This document shows, in pieces, positions 46,494-58,650 of a DNA stretch of 64,000 nucleotides. Both the position numbers and the translations under genes were made by a program. Where the stretch lies: contig OZ336876.1 in the NCBI GenBank assembly GCA_965287045.1, positions 49,972,001 to 50,036,000 on the forward strand, in the 5' to 3' direction. Within the stretch, counting starts at the first letter, position 1. Each line of letters starts with the position of its first letter. Origin of the DNA: Carcharhinus amblyrhynchos. Its lineage: Eukaryota. The notes beneath the pieces are model-generated. The model saw only the letters and a list, made by a program, of their open reading frames with translations. It searched no databases and was not told where the DNA came from.

Positions 46494-47266
46494 TGTCAGT
46501 GGAGGTTCGGGCTTGAAGGGAGCAAACAGTGTGAAGGACTTTAATGTGTTGCTATTTGCTTTGTGTCCTGGATGATTCTTAATTGGTAAGAGGGGAGCAA
46601 AGGTTTTATGTGGTCCAGTCACATTTTGTGGTGGATGCTTAAAACTGATGATCATTCTCACTGTGTGGATGATTAGAACTTATGTGACTGCATTGTGAAC
46701 CAGTCACCTGGGAATATCACAACTGGTGTTGGAGTTTACACACACAATCGCTAGTGTCTGAAGAGAAACACAAATTGGGTGAACGAATAAGCACTGTAAA
46801 ATGTTTAAATGGTGTTAAATGTATACAATTTTTGATCCTGAGCTGTTGAATTTTGCAGATGAAACCAGACTATAAGATGTTGCAATGTTTATATGAATGT
46901 TGTTGAAGGAAATCCAAATGCAGCTCCCTCATCCAGAACATGGACCGTGGATGACCTTTAGATGTGGAAGTTGACCATAGGGAAAGGTCAGAAGAAAATA
47001 AACAGGTTGGATTGTAGAGGAAAAACCTCAATTCCCACCAGAAGCTGAAGGTAGCAGTCCTTATTTGGAGCTACTGCTAGGCCGGATTTGAAAGATGCAA
47101 GTGTTTTAATACCCAAAACATCTGGATTGTAATCTTCTGAAAATAAATCGAGACTGGAATCATTCAACTAAATCTACAATGTGTTGTTTTCCCTCCCCCT
47201 CCAACAGAAATAAAACCTTGGATTGAGTCAAGACAGGCCAGCCTAGAGAGTCTTAGATAGCTAACA
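46494..47266 (+). mobile_element. Possible solo LTR
   Basis: TGTCAG..CTAACA termini and AATAAA about 55 bp before the end; no clear TSD. Confidence 0.4.
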
Positions 47267-47529
47267 TTATGTTGGGTGAGATATTCTGCTCTGGCGACTA
47301 AACGCATTGATATGCAGGATGAGCCATGATTTTCTCACTGATTAGTGGATCTGGCTTTCACATCTGATCTTGTGTTTGAAACTTCATGATACATAAGCTC
47401 ATAGAAGGGCAAGCATTCATTCATCCACCTGCCATACCTCATAGAGGTCAAAGTTCTTGGTACCATATTTAAATGCCACCCATATGCACACATTACTCTC
47501 TGTAGCCAGATTGTGTGTCCAAAGTTCCC

Positions 47530-48700
47530 GAGCAATAAGAAGAATGCACCAAGGTTTAGTCATGGTTCCCTGAGGACTTTAAGTTAGATGTGACTGTTGA
47601 CACGCAGGGAAGGAATCAAGAGGTCCTGCAACCTCACCTCACCAGTCTGGGAGGCATTCAAGGAGGAGGCCAGCTTTGTCTGCAACCACCACAGAAATGC
47701 CAGCTAGTGCAGGAAGAGGATGAAAGATCTCTTCTGTTCCATTAGGGTAAGTCAACTTTCAGCTCACTCCAAACTCACACTCTCATAATGGCATCATGCA
47801 TTCAAAGCATCTCGCAGCTCAGGGATCTCACACAACATGAGTCGGGGAGATATCAGCATTGAAAGCCCCTTTAGCAGCATCTCACCTATCGTCCTGCACA
47901 AATTACATCTTCAGCCTGATAGGGATACTCTGCAGAGGCCCCTCCTCTTCACAAAGTCAGGCAGGGGTCCCTCGGGCACCCACAGCCAGACACACCAGTT
48001 CAGTGACTCGATGAGTGTTCAGCCCAATTCAGTCTGTCTGTCACCCTATTCCCTCTAGCTGCACAGGCTGAGGAGGGTGCACCTGCCTCACGGCAGGAAA
48101 CCTAAAGAAGGGTGAGGTTCTCCAGGTCTAGCCCTCCAGAGGACACCCACCAAAGTCATCAAAGAAAACAGGGTGTAAAAGTCAGCAACCTGCTTCTATC
48201 TCTGCTGCATGTATCAGGGTTGTACCTAGACATAGAAGTAGGTTAGGAAGATTAAGAAAATTGACATTTTTTTGGGTCACGGTGTTCACTCACTATGTAT
48301 CAGGCATATCCACGCATATGCATATGTCTGTGGCAGCAAAAGGTGTCTTATTTAGGAGGCCACAACTGCATCGTTCACTTGACCGAGGCTTTATGCTGGT
48401 GTGCTACCTTTCACTTATCAGAGTGGCTCAGAAGCAGTTTTCACTGTTGAAGGCTGCCAGGATGCTGAGGTAAGTATAGCCCTCAAGGAGAGATGGACAT
48501 GCCCAGGTAGTGCCCTGATACTTCCCCCTGCACAGGATAGCAGTGCCTCTGGCACAGGTTGACAGTGCTAACCTGTGCCGGGACCAGTTTCAGGAACACG
48601 ACCGCTGAGGAGCCCCAATGGAGGGGTTCCCCTTGTGTGGTGGGAGGTCAAGGTAAGGTTACTGGCACTCACTACATAATGCTGTACGATGTCACATAAA
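47530..48700 (+). mobile_element. Decayed Harbinger element (Myb/SANT-like ORF on +)
   Basis: RSCNLTSPVWEAF..HHRNAS*CRKRMKDL..R|gtaag resembles the Harbinger Myb/SANT ORF2 exon. Confidence 0.6.
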
Positions 48701-48972
48701 CATAAAGGTCAACCAGAAATTGTTTCTAGGGCAAATCTCAAGTGTGCTAAGGCTTATGCAAATTCAGAAATTATAGAAATTTGGTGCTTAAATGATGCTG
48801 TTGGATTACTAGAATATGGATGTTAAATCTGTTCGCAATAAAATCCGTGCTCCATTATTTTGATACATGCACCAATCACAGTTTAAGCAACTTAAAAGGT
48901 ATTTGAAGCATTTGGATCTTTGTCACAATCATCATTGGAAAATCAGGAACATCATGAATCTGCATAAAGAGC

Positions 48973-49073
48973 TCATTATGTGATTCTGCAAACTGTGTTT
49001 CTGTCAAGCTAGATATTGCTAATTGCTATATATCTAGCTTGACAGAAATAAGGTTTGGAGCATCACATAATGA
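48973..49073. repeat. Long inverted repeat (44-bp arms, 13-nt loop)
   Basis: 48973-49016 matches the reverse complement of 49030-49073 at 39 of 44 positions. Confidence 0.9.
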
Positions 49074-49462
49074 TTCAAGAATCAAAGGGAAAGAATTTGG
49101 TAAAAGAATAAGCCTTATATTTTTAACCAAGAGCTTTTATGGACATTGCAAATACTGAGGTAATTCTGGTTCCAAGAGCCACCCAGTTAGCCTCACAATC
49201 TTTCCTCATATCTCTGCAACCTGTTTTCCTTCACTTATTTATCCAATTCCCTTTTGAGCTCTACCATTGAATCTGTTAAATCCTATTCACTGTTGCATAA
49301 AAACACTTTCCCCCATTCACTTCGAGTTAATTTTTATACTCTATTTCAGCCTATTTCTATTTCTATTTATACTCTATTTCATCAATCTTTATACTCTATT
49401 TCAGCCACTGGAAACAGTTTCCCTTTCATGGATTCTGTCTAAATCCATCATTCTTTAAGCCA

Positions 49463-49750
49463 AGGTGGCACAGTGGTTAGCACTGTTGCCTCACAGCGCC
49501 AGGACTGAAGTTCGATTCCCAGCTTGGGTCACAGGGAGTTTGCAAATTCTCCCCGCGTCTGCATGGGTTTCCTCCAGGTGCTCCAGTTTCCTCCCACAGT
49601 CTGAAAGACGTGCTGGTTAGATGCGTTGACCAGGCTAAATTCTCCCTCAATGTACCCAAACAGATGGTGGAGTGTGGCAACTATGGGATTTTTACAATAA
49701 CTTCATTGCAATGAGAATGTAAGCCTAAATGTGACTAATAAATAAATTTT
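49463..49750 (+). mobile_element. V-SINE, alternative-tail subfamily
   Basis: ggtggcacagtggttagc..aatgtgactaataaataaa. Confidence 0.85.
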
Positions 49751-50004
49751 AAAGCTTTAATGACATCTCTTGGCCAACACTGCTCAAATAACAACCCTAG
49801 CTTCTCTGCTCTATCCATGTAACTACAATCTCTCCATAACACCATAAGAAATAAGAACAGGAGTGGGATGTTCAGCCCCTTGAGCTTACTCTACCATTCA
49901 AATAGATCGAATGTTGCTGATCCAACACTCCTCATGTCCACTTTGCTGCTCTTTTCCTGTAATCTTTGATTCCCTTGCTCATCAAAAATCTATCACAGCC
50001 TTTA

Positions 50005-50515
50005 GTAGGGACTGCATGGTGGCACTGTGGTTAGCACTGCTGCATTACAGTGCCAGGGACCCGGTTTAATTGCCGGTTTGAGTCATTGTCTGTGTGGAGT
50101 TTGCACGTTCTCCCCGTGTCTGCATAAAAAGTTGGCAGATGGAGTCTAATGTGGGAAAATGTGAAATTGTTCATTTTGAAAGGAAGAACAAAAGAACAGG
50201 GTACTATGTTAATGGAGAAAAACTGCAGAAAGCTGTAACACAAAGGAATTTGGGTGTACTTGTGCATGAGACACAGAAAACTAGCACACAGATGCACAGG
50301 TAATCGGAAAGACAAGTGGAATGTTGGCCCTTATTTCAAGGTTTTCTTGGGTGCTCCCATTTCCTCTCTCAGTCTGAAAGATCCATTGGCTATGCTAAAT
50401 TCTCCCTCAATGTATCCGAAAGGCGCCAGTGTGCGGCAACTAGTGGATTTTAACAGTAATTTCATTGCAGTGTTAATGTTAACCTATATGTGACACTAAT
50501 AAATAAACTAAACTA
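50005..50515 (+). mobile_element. V-SINE (alternative tail) split by an internal CR1 fragment at about 50125-50340
   Basis: The SINE head runs to ..gtgtctgcat, CR1 sequence follows, and the SINE resumes at gttttcttgggtgctcc. Confidence 0.8.
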
Positions 50516-51294
50516 AATATACACAAGGACTCTGCCCCCACAGCTCACTGTGGAAAGGAGTTCCAAAGACTGACAACCCTCTGAGAGAAGAAATTCCCCC
50601 TCATCTCAGTTCTAAATTGGCACCCCTTTATTCTGAGACCATGCCTTCTGGTCCAAGACTCTCCCATGAAGAGAAACATCCTCTCAGCACTTACTCTGTC
50701 AAGCCTCTTAAGAATCCTATATGCTTCAATGAGATTTCCTTTCATTTTTATAAATTCCAATGAGTAAAATCCCAACCTCTTTAACTTTTCCTCATAAGAC
50801 AATCCCTCCATACCAGGGATCATCCCAGTGGACCTTCTTTGAACTGTCTCCAATGAAATAATACATTTCTTTAAATAAGGGGATCAAAACTGCTCACACT
50901 ACTCCAGATGAGGTCTCACCAGGACCTTGTACAGTTACAGCAAGATTTCCTGACATGTACACTCCAACCCTTTGAAATAAGGGCCAACTTTCCATTACTC
51001 TTACAGATTACCTACTGCATCTGTGTGCTAGCTTCTGTGTTTTGTGCACAAATACCCCCTAAGTCCCTTTGTGCTGCTGCTTTCTGCAGTTTTTTCTCCA
51101 TTTAAATAATATTGTTCTTTTGTTCTCCCTTCCCAAATGAACAATTTCACATTTTCCCACATTTCCATTTGCCAACATCTTACCCACTTAACTTTTCAAT
51201 ATCTCTTTGTATTCCTCTTGCAACTTGATTTTCCAACAATTTTTGTGTCACCTACAAATTTGGCTTCAGAATATGTGCTTTCTTCCTCCAAGTC

Positions 51295-51801
51295 TCACTA
51301 TAGGAAAGATGTAGAAGCTATTGAGAGGGTACAGAGGAGATTTACAAGGATGTTGCCTGGACTGGGAGGCATGCCTTATGAAGTTAGGTTGAGGGAGCTG
51401 GGACTCTTTTCCCTGGAGAGACGAAGGTTGAGAGGCGACCTGATAGAAGTTTACAAAATGTTGAGAGGAATAGATAGGGTGGACTCTCAGAGGCTATTTC
51501 CCCGGGTTGAAATGGTTGCTACGAGAGGACACAGATTTAAGGTGCAAGGAGGGAAGTTCAGAAGTGATGTTAGGGGTAAGTTTTTCACTCAGAGGGTGGT
51601 GAGTGAATGGAATCGGCTGCCGTCAGTGGTGGTGGAGGTGAACTCGCTAGGGTCTTTTAAAAGACTTCTGGATGAGTATATGGGGTTTAATGAGATTGAG
51701 GGTTATAGATAGGTCTGCAGGTTGGTAGGTGTTGATGTGATCGGCGCAACTCGTGGGCCGAAGGGCCTGTTTGTGCTGTAGTGTTCTATATTCTATGTTC
51801 T
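51295..51801 (+). mobile_element. Young 5'-truncated CR1 LINE with uninterrupted ORF2 C-terminus and 5-bp TSD
   Basis: HYRKDVEAIERVQRRFTRMLPG...EIEGYR* is open, there is a (ttctat)n tail, and AAGTC occurs at 51290-51294 and 51802-51806. Confidence 0.92.
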
Positions 51802-52176
51802 AAGTCATTAATAATAGTTTCGGTCCCAGCAGTGATCCCTGTGAAAATCCATTGGTTATAGATCACCAATCTGAAAAAGAACCCCTTATCCTACTTGCTG
51901 TTTCCTGCCCATTAGCCAAATCTCTATCCATGCCATTCCAGGAAATCTCTTCTGTCCACTCTCAAAAGTCCTCATATCCTTCCAAAGGTGTGGTGTCAGA
52001 CTTGAACACTCCAGTTGCGGCTAAACCAATGGTTTATGTAGCATTAATATTTGGCCTTTGCACTTTGCCCGAATATTCTTGGTCCTGTTAAGGTAGATTT
52101 GGAAATGGCAGGTGCAGAAGGTAAGGTGAATAGAAGGCTTGATTGTGTAATTTTAGAAATGAAAACATTAGATTGA

Positions 52177-52478
52177 ATCATAGCATCCCACAGTGCAGAA
52201 GGAAGCCATTCAGCCCATCAAGTCTGCACTGACCACAATCCCACCTGGCCCTATCCCCACAACCCCATGCATACTCTAGCTAGTCCCCCTGACACTAAGG
52301 GGCAACTTACAATGCCAATCCACCTAACCCGCACATCTTTGGACTGTGGGACGAAACCAGTGTACCTGGAGGAAACCCATGCAGACACGAGAAAAATGTG
52401 CAAACTCCAAGCCAGGAATCAAACTCGAGTCCCTGGAGCTGTGAGCAACAGTGCTAACCACTGTGCCACCGTGCCACC
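52177..52478 (-). mobile_element. HE1-type V-SINE
   Basis: Minus-strand head ggtggcacggtggcacagtggttagc and CR1-type tail. Confidence 0.85.
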
Positions 52479-55400
52479 TGGGAGACTGGCTCCCTAACAT
52501 GTTCCTGCCTTCTATTGCTTTCCCCAAGGCAACAAAGCACCAACAATGTCAAACACCAGACAGCAGTGAGCAAATAGTTATGTCAATTGTTAAGATACTA
52601 AGCAGGTATTTTGAGAGCTGATTGTCATTTTCTCAGCATTCTGTGGGCCTCAGGTTGTCTGCATCCTGGCAAGTATGAGGAGGAAGCTGCACACTGGGAG
52701 GTGGCTGTTGTCATGTACGTTGAGATACCAACAGAACATGGCAAGGCTGCTGTCTTCCCATCCCACAACATTGACATTGAGTAGGTAATTCACAGAAATG
52801 AATATTTTCAATCATCATTGGTTTCCTGGTTGTTCGGCCCGATGCTCTTGGCTAAAGCAGTGTTTCTCTGTTCCTTCCGCCTCAGCAATGTTTCCATTTG
52901 TCACATGGTGATGGCTGTTGACTGTTATTATTGGGACCACTGGCCTATTTCAAGGACCATTCAAATATTGACTGGGACAGACATCAAGTAATCAATAAAC
53001 CACAGTTTAAATTAAATGTTGTCTACTTACTGCCCTGCTACAAGCACCAGCGAATCTGTAGCCAGATGAAAAGTGCCCCTAACTTGTCTTCAGGAGCAAA
53101 GACAGAAATAAAACTTGGAGGGAATCCTCTGGAGTTAAATAATCTACTAGTGAATAAACACGTGATGACATATTTTAACCTGATGTGTTTACGTTTCAAC
53201 ACAAATGCCCTTTCTGATTAACATACACCACTGCTTTCATTTGACATGGCTTGTTCTCACAGCTGGTGCTAATCGGTGCAACAATGTGGTCCATTTTAAG
53301 AAAAATAAAATCATTTTGCATTGATAAGGCATTGAGAAAATATAAAGGCCATTACTTTCCAGCGGCCACCTCAAAACTAAAGTAATATTTCGGTATTTTC
53401 TCACTGATTTAATACAGCAAACATTTTGTCAGAGAATTAATATAGACTAATTTTTATACTGAAAATTACACTTCTCTTCTGAAAGCTGACTAAATGTGTT
53501 TCCGGCTTCTTAGGCACTGCCTTAACAAATAGAACTGAACTTGACTCAAGGGGCTGTGCCTCCTTCAGCTGGAAAACTGGTGAGATGACTTATGCAATGT
53601 TGTGATGATATTCCTCTTCTGATTTAGCTAACAGCAGGGGTGTTGGATGAAGGGCAAGATTGACTATATCCCACTCGGCAATCTGACAAAGGCAGCCAAA
53701 TATAACCGCATGTGGGTAAGGGAGTTGGAACCTGAACCCACAGCAGTTCAGGCACAATTTTACAACTCAGCATATGACTGGTGTCAGCAGAATTACAGAA
53801 AAGAAGCAAAGCACATGTAGCTTTCAGGATTATTCAAAATAGGCTCTACAGCTGCAATTTCTTTGTAGTTTTCATTTCACTAAAAACTGGACATCAAAAG
53901 TTTCTCTCAGTGATAGGTTTAATATAAAATTACTAAGAAATAACATTTTCTTTTTTGTAGTTACTGCTATTTAGCACCAAAAATTGAGACAGGAGGAATT
54001 TCAACCCAGAAATGGTCTTGTAATTAATGTTTTATGACTGGCTGCATTGCTTTTAAATGATGATATGTGAATTCACTGTTCCTAATTCAAAGTCATAATG
54101 ACTCATGCCTTGCTACTAAAATAACAATGCCATGGCTGTGTGAGAAGTTAACATGACTGCTGCCCGTAAGTACATTTTCCTACATAAAGTTAAAGAGAAA
54201 ATATTTTACTCAACCGTCCCTGTTTATAAGACAAGTTGGTTAAAAAAATTCAAGATTACGCACAGAGGAAAATAAATCCCGTAGTGTTCTACTAAAAGCA
54301 GGAAAGTAGCATAAGCTAAACAACAGCGACTTAATCTAAGTCCTCTCAGCATTTGAAATGTAAACATTATTTTTTATTTGTGTTAATGTATCAATTTACC
54401 AGCATTTCATTCGTTTAGGTGAGATATAACAGCTGCTTTTAATCTCAATTATCAACTACCACTAACGTCAAAACTCAGTAAAAGATTTCCACCGCTGTAG
54501 GAGTTAATGTGAATGATGGGTGTCTTGGAAAGCTAACTATTTTGCCCACTTGCCTTGATCAGACAGATATAGCACAGCAGAATGCTTGTTTAAGGCAATA
54601 CCAGTATGAGAATTTGAATCACATTCTCAGGCACCTCAGTCCGACCTACACTCCCGCTTTTTTGTGTTTGCTTCAGAACTTGTTGGCCGATAATAAATGC
54701 TTGACTTTGTTGAAGTTTTATTCAAAGTAACCAAAAAAGCCTTTCAAGTAATGATGACGATTTATAATGTCCTTCTATATCAACGGCTCACAAACTTGGT
54801 CACCCACAGACTATTTAGGTGAGTCAAACGATCCCACCTCCCAATAGTCAAAAGCCAATCTGCTTTTGCTTTTTACTGCAAAAACACTGAGCAGAATTGA
54901 TGTGAAGAAAGGCACCACTTTGATGAGACACCAGTGAGATGATGTCCACTTCCAACCTGGAGAAGCTCAGTTAAACTCTATGTTCAGTTGGCTCCTCTTG
55001 GTTTTCAGCTCACAAATGTTGAAGGTCTCAACTCACAGATTTATGTAGTAACAGTAACTTAAGTCCTACTCATAAAATGACACTATTATTGCTTTACTTA
55101 TGATAACTCGTGGCATGTACATGGATATCAGGCTGGTTGTGCAACAAAACATGAGTGGTTGGATAAGGAATCTGGTTTGTTCTCTCATATGGCTTTGGTA
55201 TTGTGCATCAGTAATTTGCATTGTGGACCAGCGTGCAGACTGCACTTCGAAAACCACTATTCCTCTACATATTGTTCTGCTGCATTGATTAAGTATAGTG
55301 TGTGCTGACCTATTGTTGACTGTCATGAAGTAGATTATTGTACTTCGCCTTAATGGAAAATATTTTGAAAAACAAATTACCATAACCCCATTTTATCAGC

Positions 55401-55544
55401 TGTTGCATTCAATTCTGGCCAAGGCATTCTTAGGTGGGATGTTAAGGCCATGGACAGCGTGCAGAGGAGAATTACTAGAACGACATGAGGGATCAGGGAC
55501 TTAAGATGTAAGTGTAGATAATTTGCTCGTAACTCTGTTTGTAG

Positions 55545-55845
55545 ATGCCATAAGTATCCCACAAACAGCAATGAGATAAATAACCAGGTAATCAGATTTA
55601 GTCATGTTGGTTGAAGAATAAATATTGGTCCAATTTCAAGAGAACCACCCTGTTCTTCTTCAAATAATGTCTCTGGACTTTCTACCATCAGATAAGAAGG
55701 CGTGGACAGGTAGAGGTCAAAACTCCACTTCCAATACAGGAGTCCCTCAGCGCTGCACTGAAGTGCTGTCCTAGATTGTGTGCTTGAAGTGGGGCTAGAA
55801 CCTACAATTCTCTGACTCAGAAGCAGAGTGCTACCACTGAACCTT
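55545..55845 (-). mobile_element. Deu-domain SINE (SacSINE1/AmnSINE1-like), decayed
   Basis: The minus strand carries ttatttgaagaagaacaggg..ccaatatttattcttcaaccaacatgac (Deu-like core) after a tRNA-like head. Related pieces lie at about 19240-19560 and 63828-64000. Confidence 0.65.
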
Positions 55846-56929
55846 ATGAAACCAAATACAAAATTACCCATCAGTGAAATACAGGAGTTCTCTTCTTACC
55901 ATTTAAAAAAAAGTCCATCTAAAACAAACAAAATACAAACCGATGTAAATGTTTTAGGGGAGACAATCTCCTCTGCATTTAATATCTTTCTAAGTGATAT
56001 ATTCTTCATGCATTTATATGTACAGAGAGAAGAGAGCAACTGGCCTTCATAGTTTGACCCTATCCATTTTTCTCATGCTTTGGATGGAAGCTGCTATGTT
56101 TTTTGCTGAAAAATGCTTTGCTGAAGTTGCACTAAGTTTGATGTTGGCTTACTCTATTTCCTGGCACCAGTCCTGCTCTCTAAAAACCTGCTGTAATTAC
56201 TACACTATATTAAATCATATACAAGTACAAACCTGAAGAAAACCATGATTTGTGTTGCAAAGTTCAGAATTCCCTCGGCACTGCAATAAATTAATGTGAA
56301 CTGAGACTCTCGTATATGAAATGTGAGATTCTAACCATAACACTAACTCTGAGCCAACCCCTTCTTTTCAGATGGGCCTCACTGAAGAAAATATTCTACC
56401 AGATGTGTGACATTTTTATCCGTAGCTTCAAGGGTTGTTTGAAAATGACTTGATGGCCAAAGATGAGAGACATATAGAGAAAGGTTTCCAAGTCACTCCC
56501 AAAATGGGTACAATATTCACGCTGCGTTCAGAGGCACTTGCACAGGAATGCAGTCAGGACAACTGGACCATTTTAAGGTTCAGGCCTCAGTTGAGGTTTA
56601 CCAATGAAGAGGGTAACTAATCACTTCAATGCACTGGAAGCTCATTGGGCTCCTGAATGGAATCATCCAGCGGGTTAGTGTGGTGAATGTGATTTTGGTG
56701 GCCGACAGAAGGTTGGAAGAGTTTTGAAATGCTCCTCCTTACCTTGCAAAAATCTTAAAATTAAGTGAAAACTAACACTTTGAGAGAGACTTGCAGCATT
56801 CCTTTACACCACTCAATGCCTCCATTCAGCGCTGCACTGCGCACGTTCTAATTATGTCTCCCTGCAAATGGCAATCAGAGATCAACAGCTAATGTGGGAC
56901 TCTGATTTGTAACTGCCGCCTGTTTAGGC

Positions 56930-58650
56930 TGGGAATACTGGACGATCGTTTAAAGACTGTGTTGTAATGTATTAGAATGATACTCACACAAACTTTTGAT
57001 TTTAACATCAGGTCCATGGGTTTCCTGAGCTTTCTAAAATTTTCCAGTGGTATCAGGGGAATACTGGATGATCATTTAAAGACAGCCCTGCAATTTGTGT
57101 TTGGGCGTCCATGGACCCTGCAAGAATTTTCTTTACCAGTCACCCATTTTCAGGCAAAAAACTGGCATCCATGAATAGTGTGGCCAGCACTATGGAATAT
57201 TAAATGCTTTAATCAAATGATTCCACATACAGTTTGACCATGACTGTACAGATTAAATATGAGGACAGATACTTTTGCCTTGTCCTTATGGCGCCTTACT
57301 GATTTGGACAATATTGTCTCTAGCCAAGGGATAGCAATGAAAGGAAACTGCACCATGAGAGATGGTGAAGGTTCATGCAGTTGAAGAATGTGTCCACTTC
57401 TCATCTGACTTTCCTCTCGCTACTCGGTCAGCACCCAACGTGTTTTAATGTCACCCAATGGCTGAGTCTACCTTTGCATGGGTGCAAGTGGCACAGTCTT
57501 TGACATGGCTCTCCTGGGCTCCAAAACCAAGAGGACATTGGCCTAGATATCTCAGAGTAGAGCAGGGACCTGAATGGTCTGCCTCCAGCTCTGCTGAAAC
57601 CACAGGCATTGTACCCCCCTGGAGCTGTAGGAAGATTCAGGCTTTGTAGTGGCACAAGCGTGTATATATGAGAATTTGTGTATGAGAAAATGTTGTGTTG
57701 TTAAAGTTCTATACTTTATGCAAATGTAAATATAACTCTTGCATTATTTTTCTATTTTGTTCATTCTTGGGCACAGGCGGGCAAGTCACTTTTAACTTGT
57801 TCTTGATGAATGGGAATGCATGAATTGATGTGGACCAATGGGATGATGGTCAGGTGGTGATTGGCTGTCTGCATGACTGTTTTGTATCAATAGGTGTTTA
57901 GTGCATATGTCTGTGACATGAGTCAACATTGTATTAATAACAGTATCCTAGGCATCATAGGCAGGAATGTAATCAGCTCAGGGAACACTGCCATCTTCAC
58001 CTTGTTCTTCCTTATTTTCCTCATCCTCTTCTAGCCTTTTTCTAGGAGCTACAGATACCTGCCGCCTTCTGACATGACAACCTGAGTCTCCTGAGATACA
58101 GATTTTTGTGCATGCCAAGGAAACAGAGACCATGTTTCATGTGTACTGCCTCCTCTGAACTGCTTCTTGCTTTTTTTTTATTCATTTTTTCATTGGGATG
58201 TAGATGTCACTGACTAGGCCAGCATTACAGCACTTGCATAGCTTGAATGTTCAGGCCCTGTCATCTGTTTCTCTCTTGGTGGTCCACTCTCTCCTATTCG
58301 GTTACAGGTCTGTACTGGCCACTGGTGGGGGCGGAGGGGTTCTACAGCTACAGGTCATGTTGCTCCTCAGCTGGGGTCCAATCTAAGGCACCCAAAGAAA
58401 TCCCAATCTGCTGTGCTAGAACAAATCTCCAAAGTATAAAAAGTACTGTGAGTACTCTTTTCCGCTAGCAGGAAAGGAAGCAACTGAATATTAAATATGA
58501 TTTCTGAATATTTCTCACTAAATTCCTATTAGATGGATCGACCCCCTGAATGGCCACTGTGCCCTTGTTATCACTGGGAAATTTTAAAAAGCTCAGGAAA
58601 CCCACGGACCTGGTGTTAAAATCAAAAGTCTGTGTAAGTATCATTCTAAT
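56930..58650. mobile_element. Decayed Harbinger-like DNA transposon bounded by about 90-bp inverted repeats
   Basis: 56971-57059 matches the reverse complement of 58562-58650. Internal minus-strand KKQFRGG..acidic run resembles a Harbinger transposase C-terminus. Confidence 0.6.

Larger units (their letters stand above)
49838..52030 (-). mobile_element. CR1 LINE (minus) hosting nested insertions
   Basis: ORF 50545-50853 reads ETVQRRSTGMIPGMEGLSYEEKL..FFSQRVVSLWNS. The element resumes after each insertion. Confidence 0.85.

Noticed and set aside
51137-51712. Longest ORF (191 aa) as a host gene
   Set aside because: Chimera of antisense CR1 sequence and a 5'-truncated CR1 ORF2.
52817-52945. 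Protein-like frame VVPIITVNSHHHVTNGNIAEAEGTEK..NQ* as a terminal exon of an upstream gene such as DTNB
   Set aside because: No recognisable homology, weak acceptor and no partner exons.
54751-54890. C/D-box snoRNA (ATGATGA..CTGA)
   Set aside because: No terminal stem, and it is antisense to the host gene.
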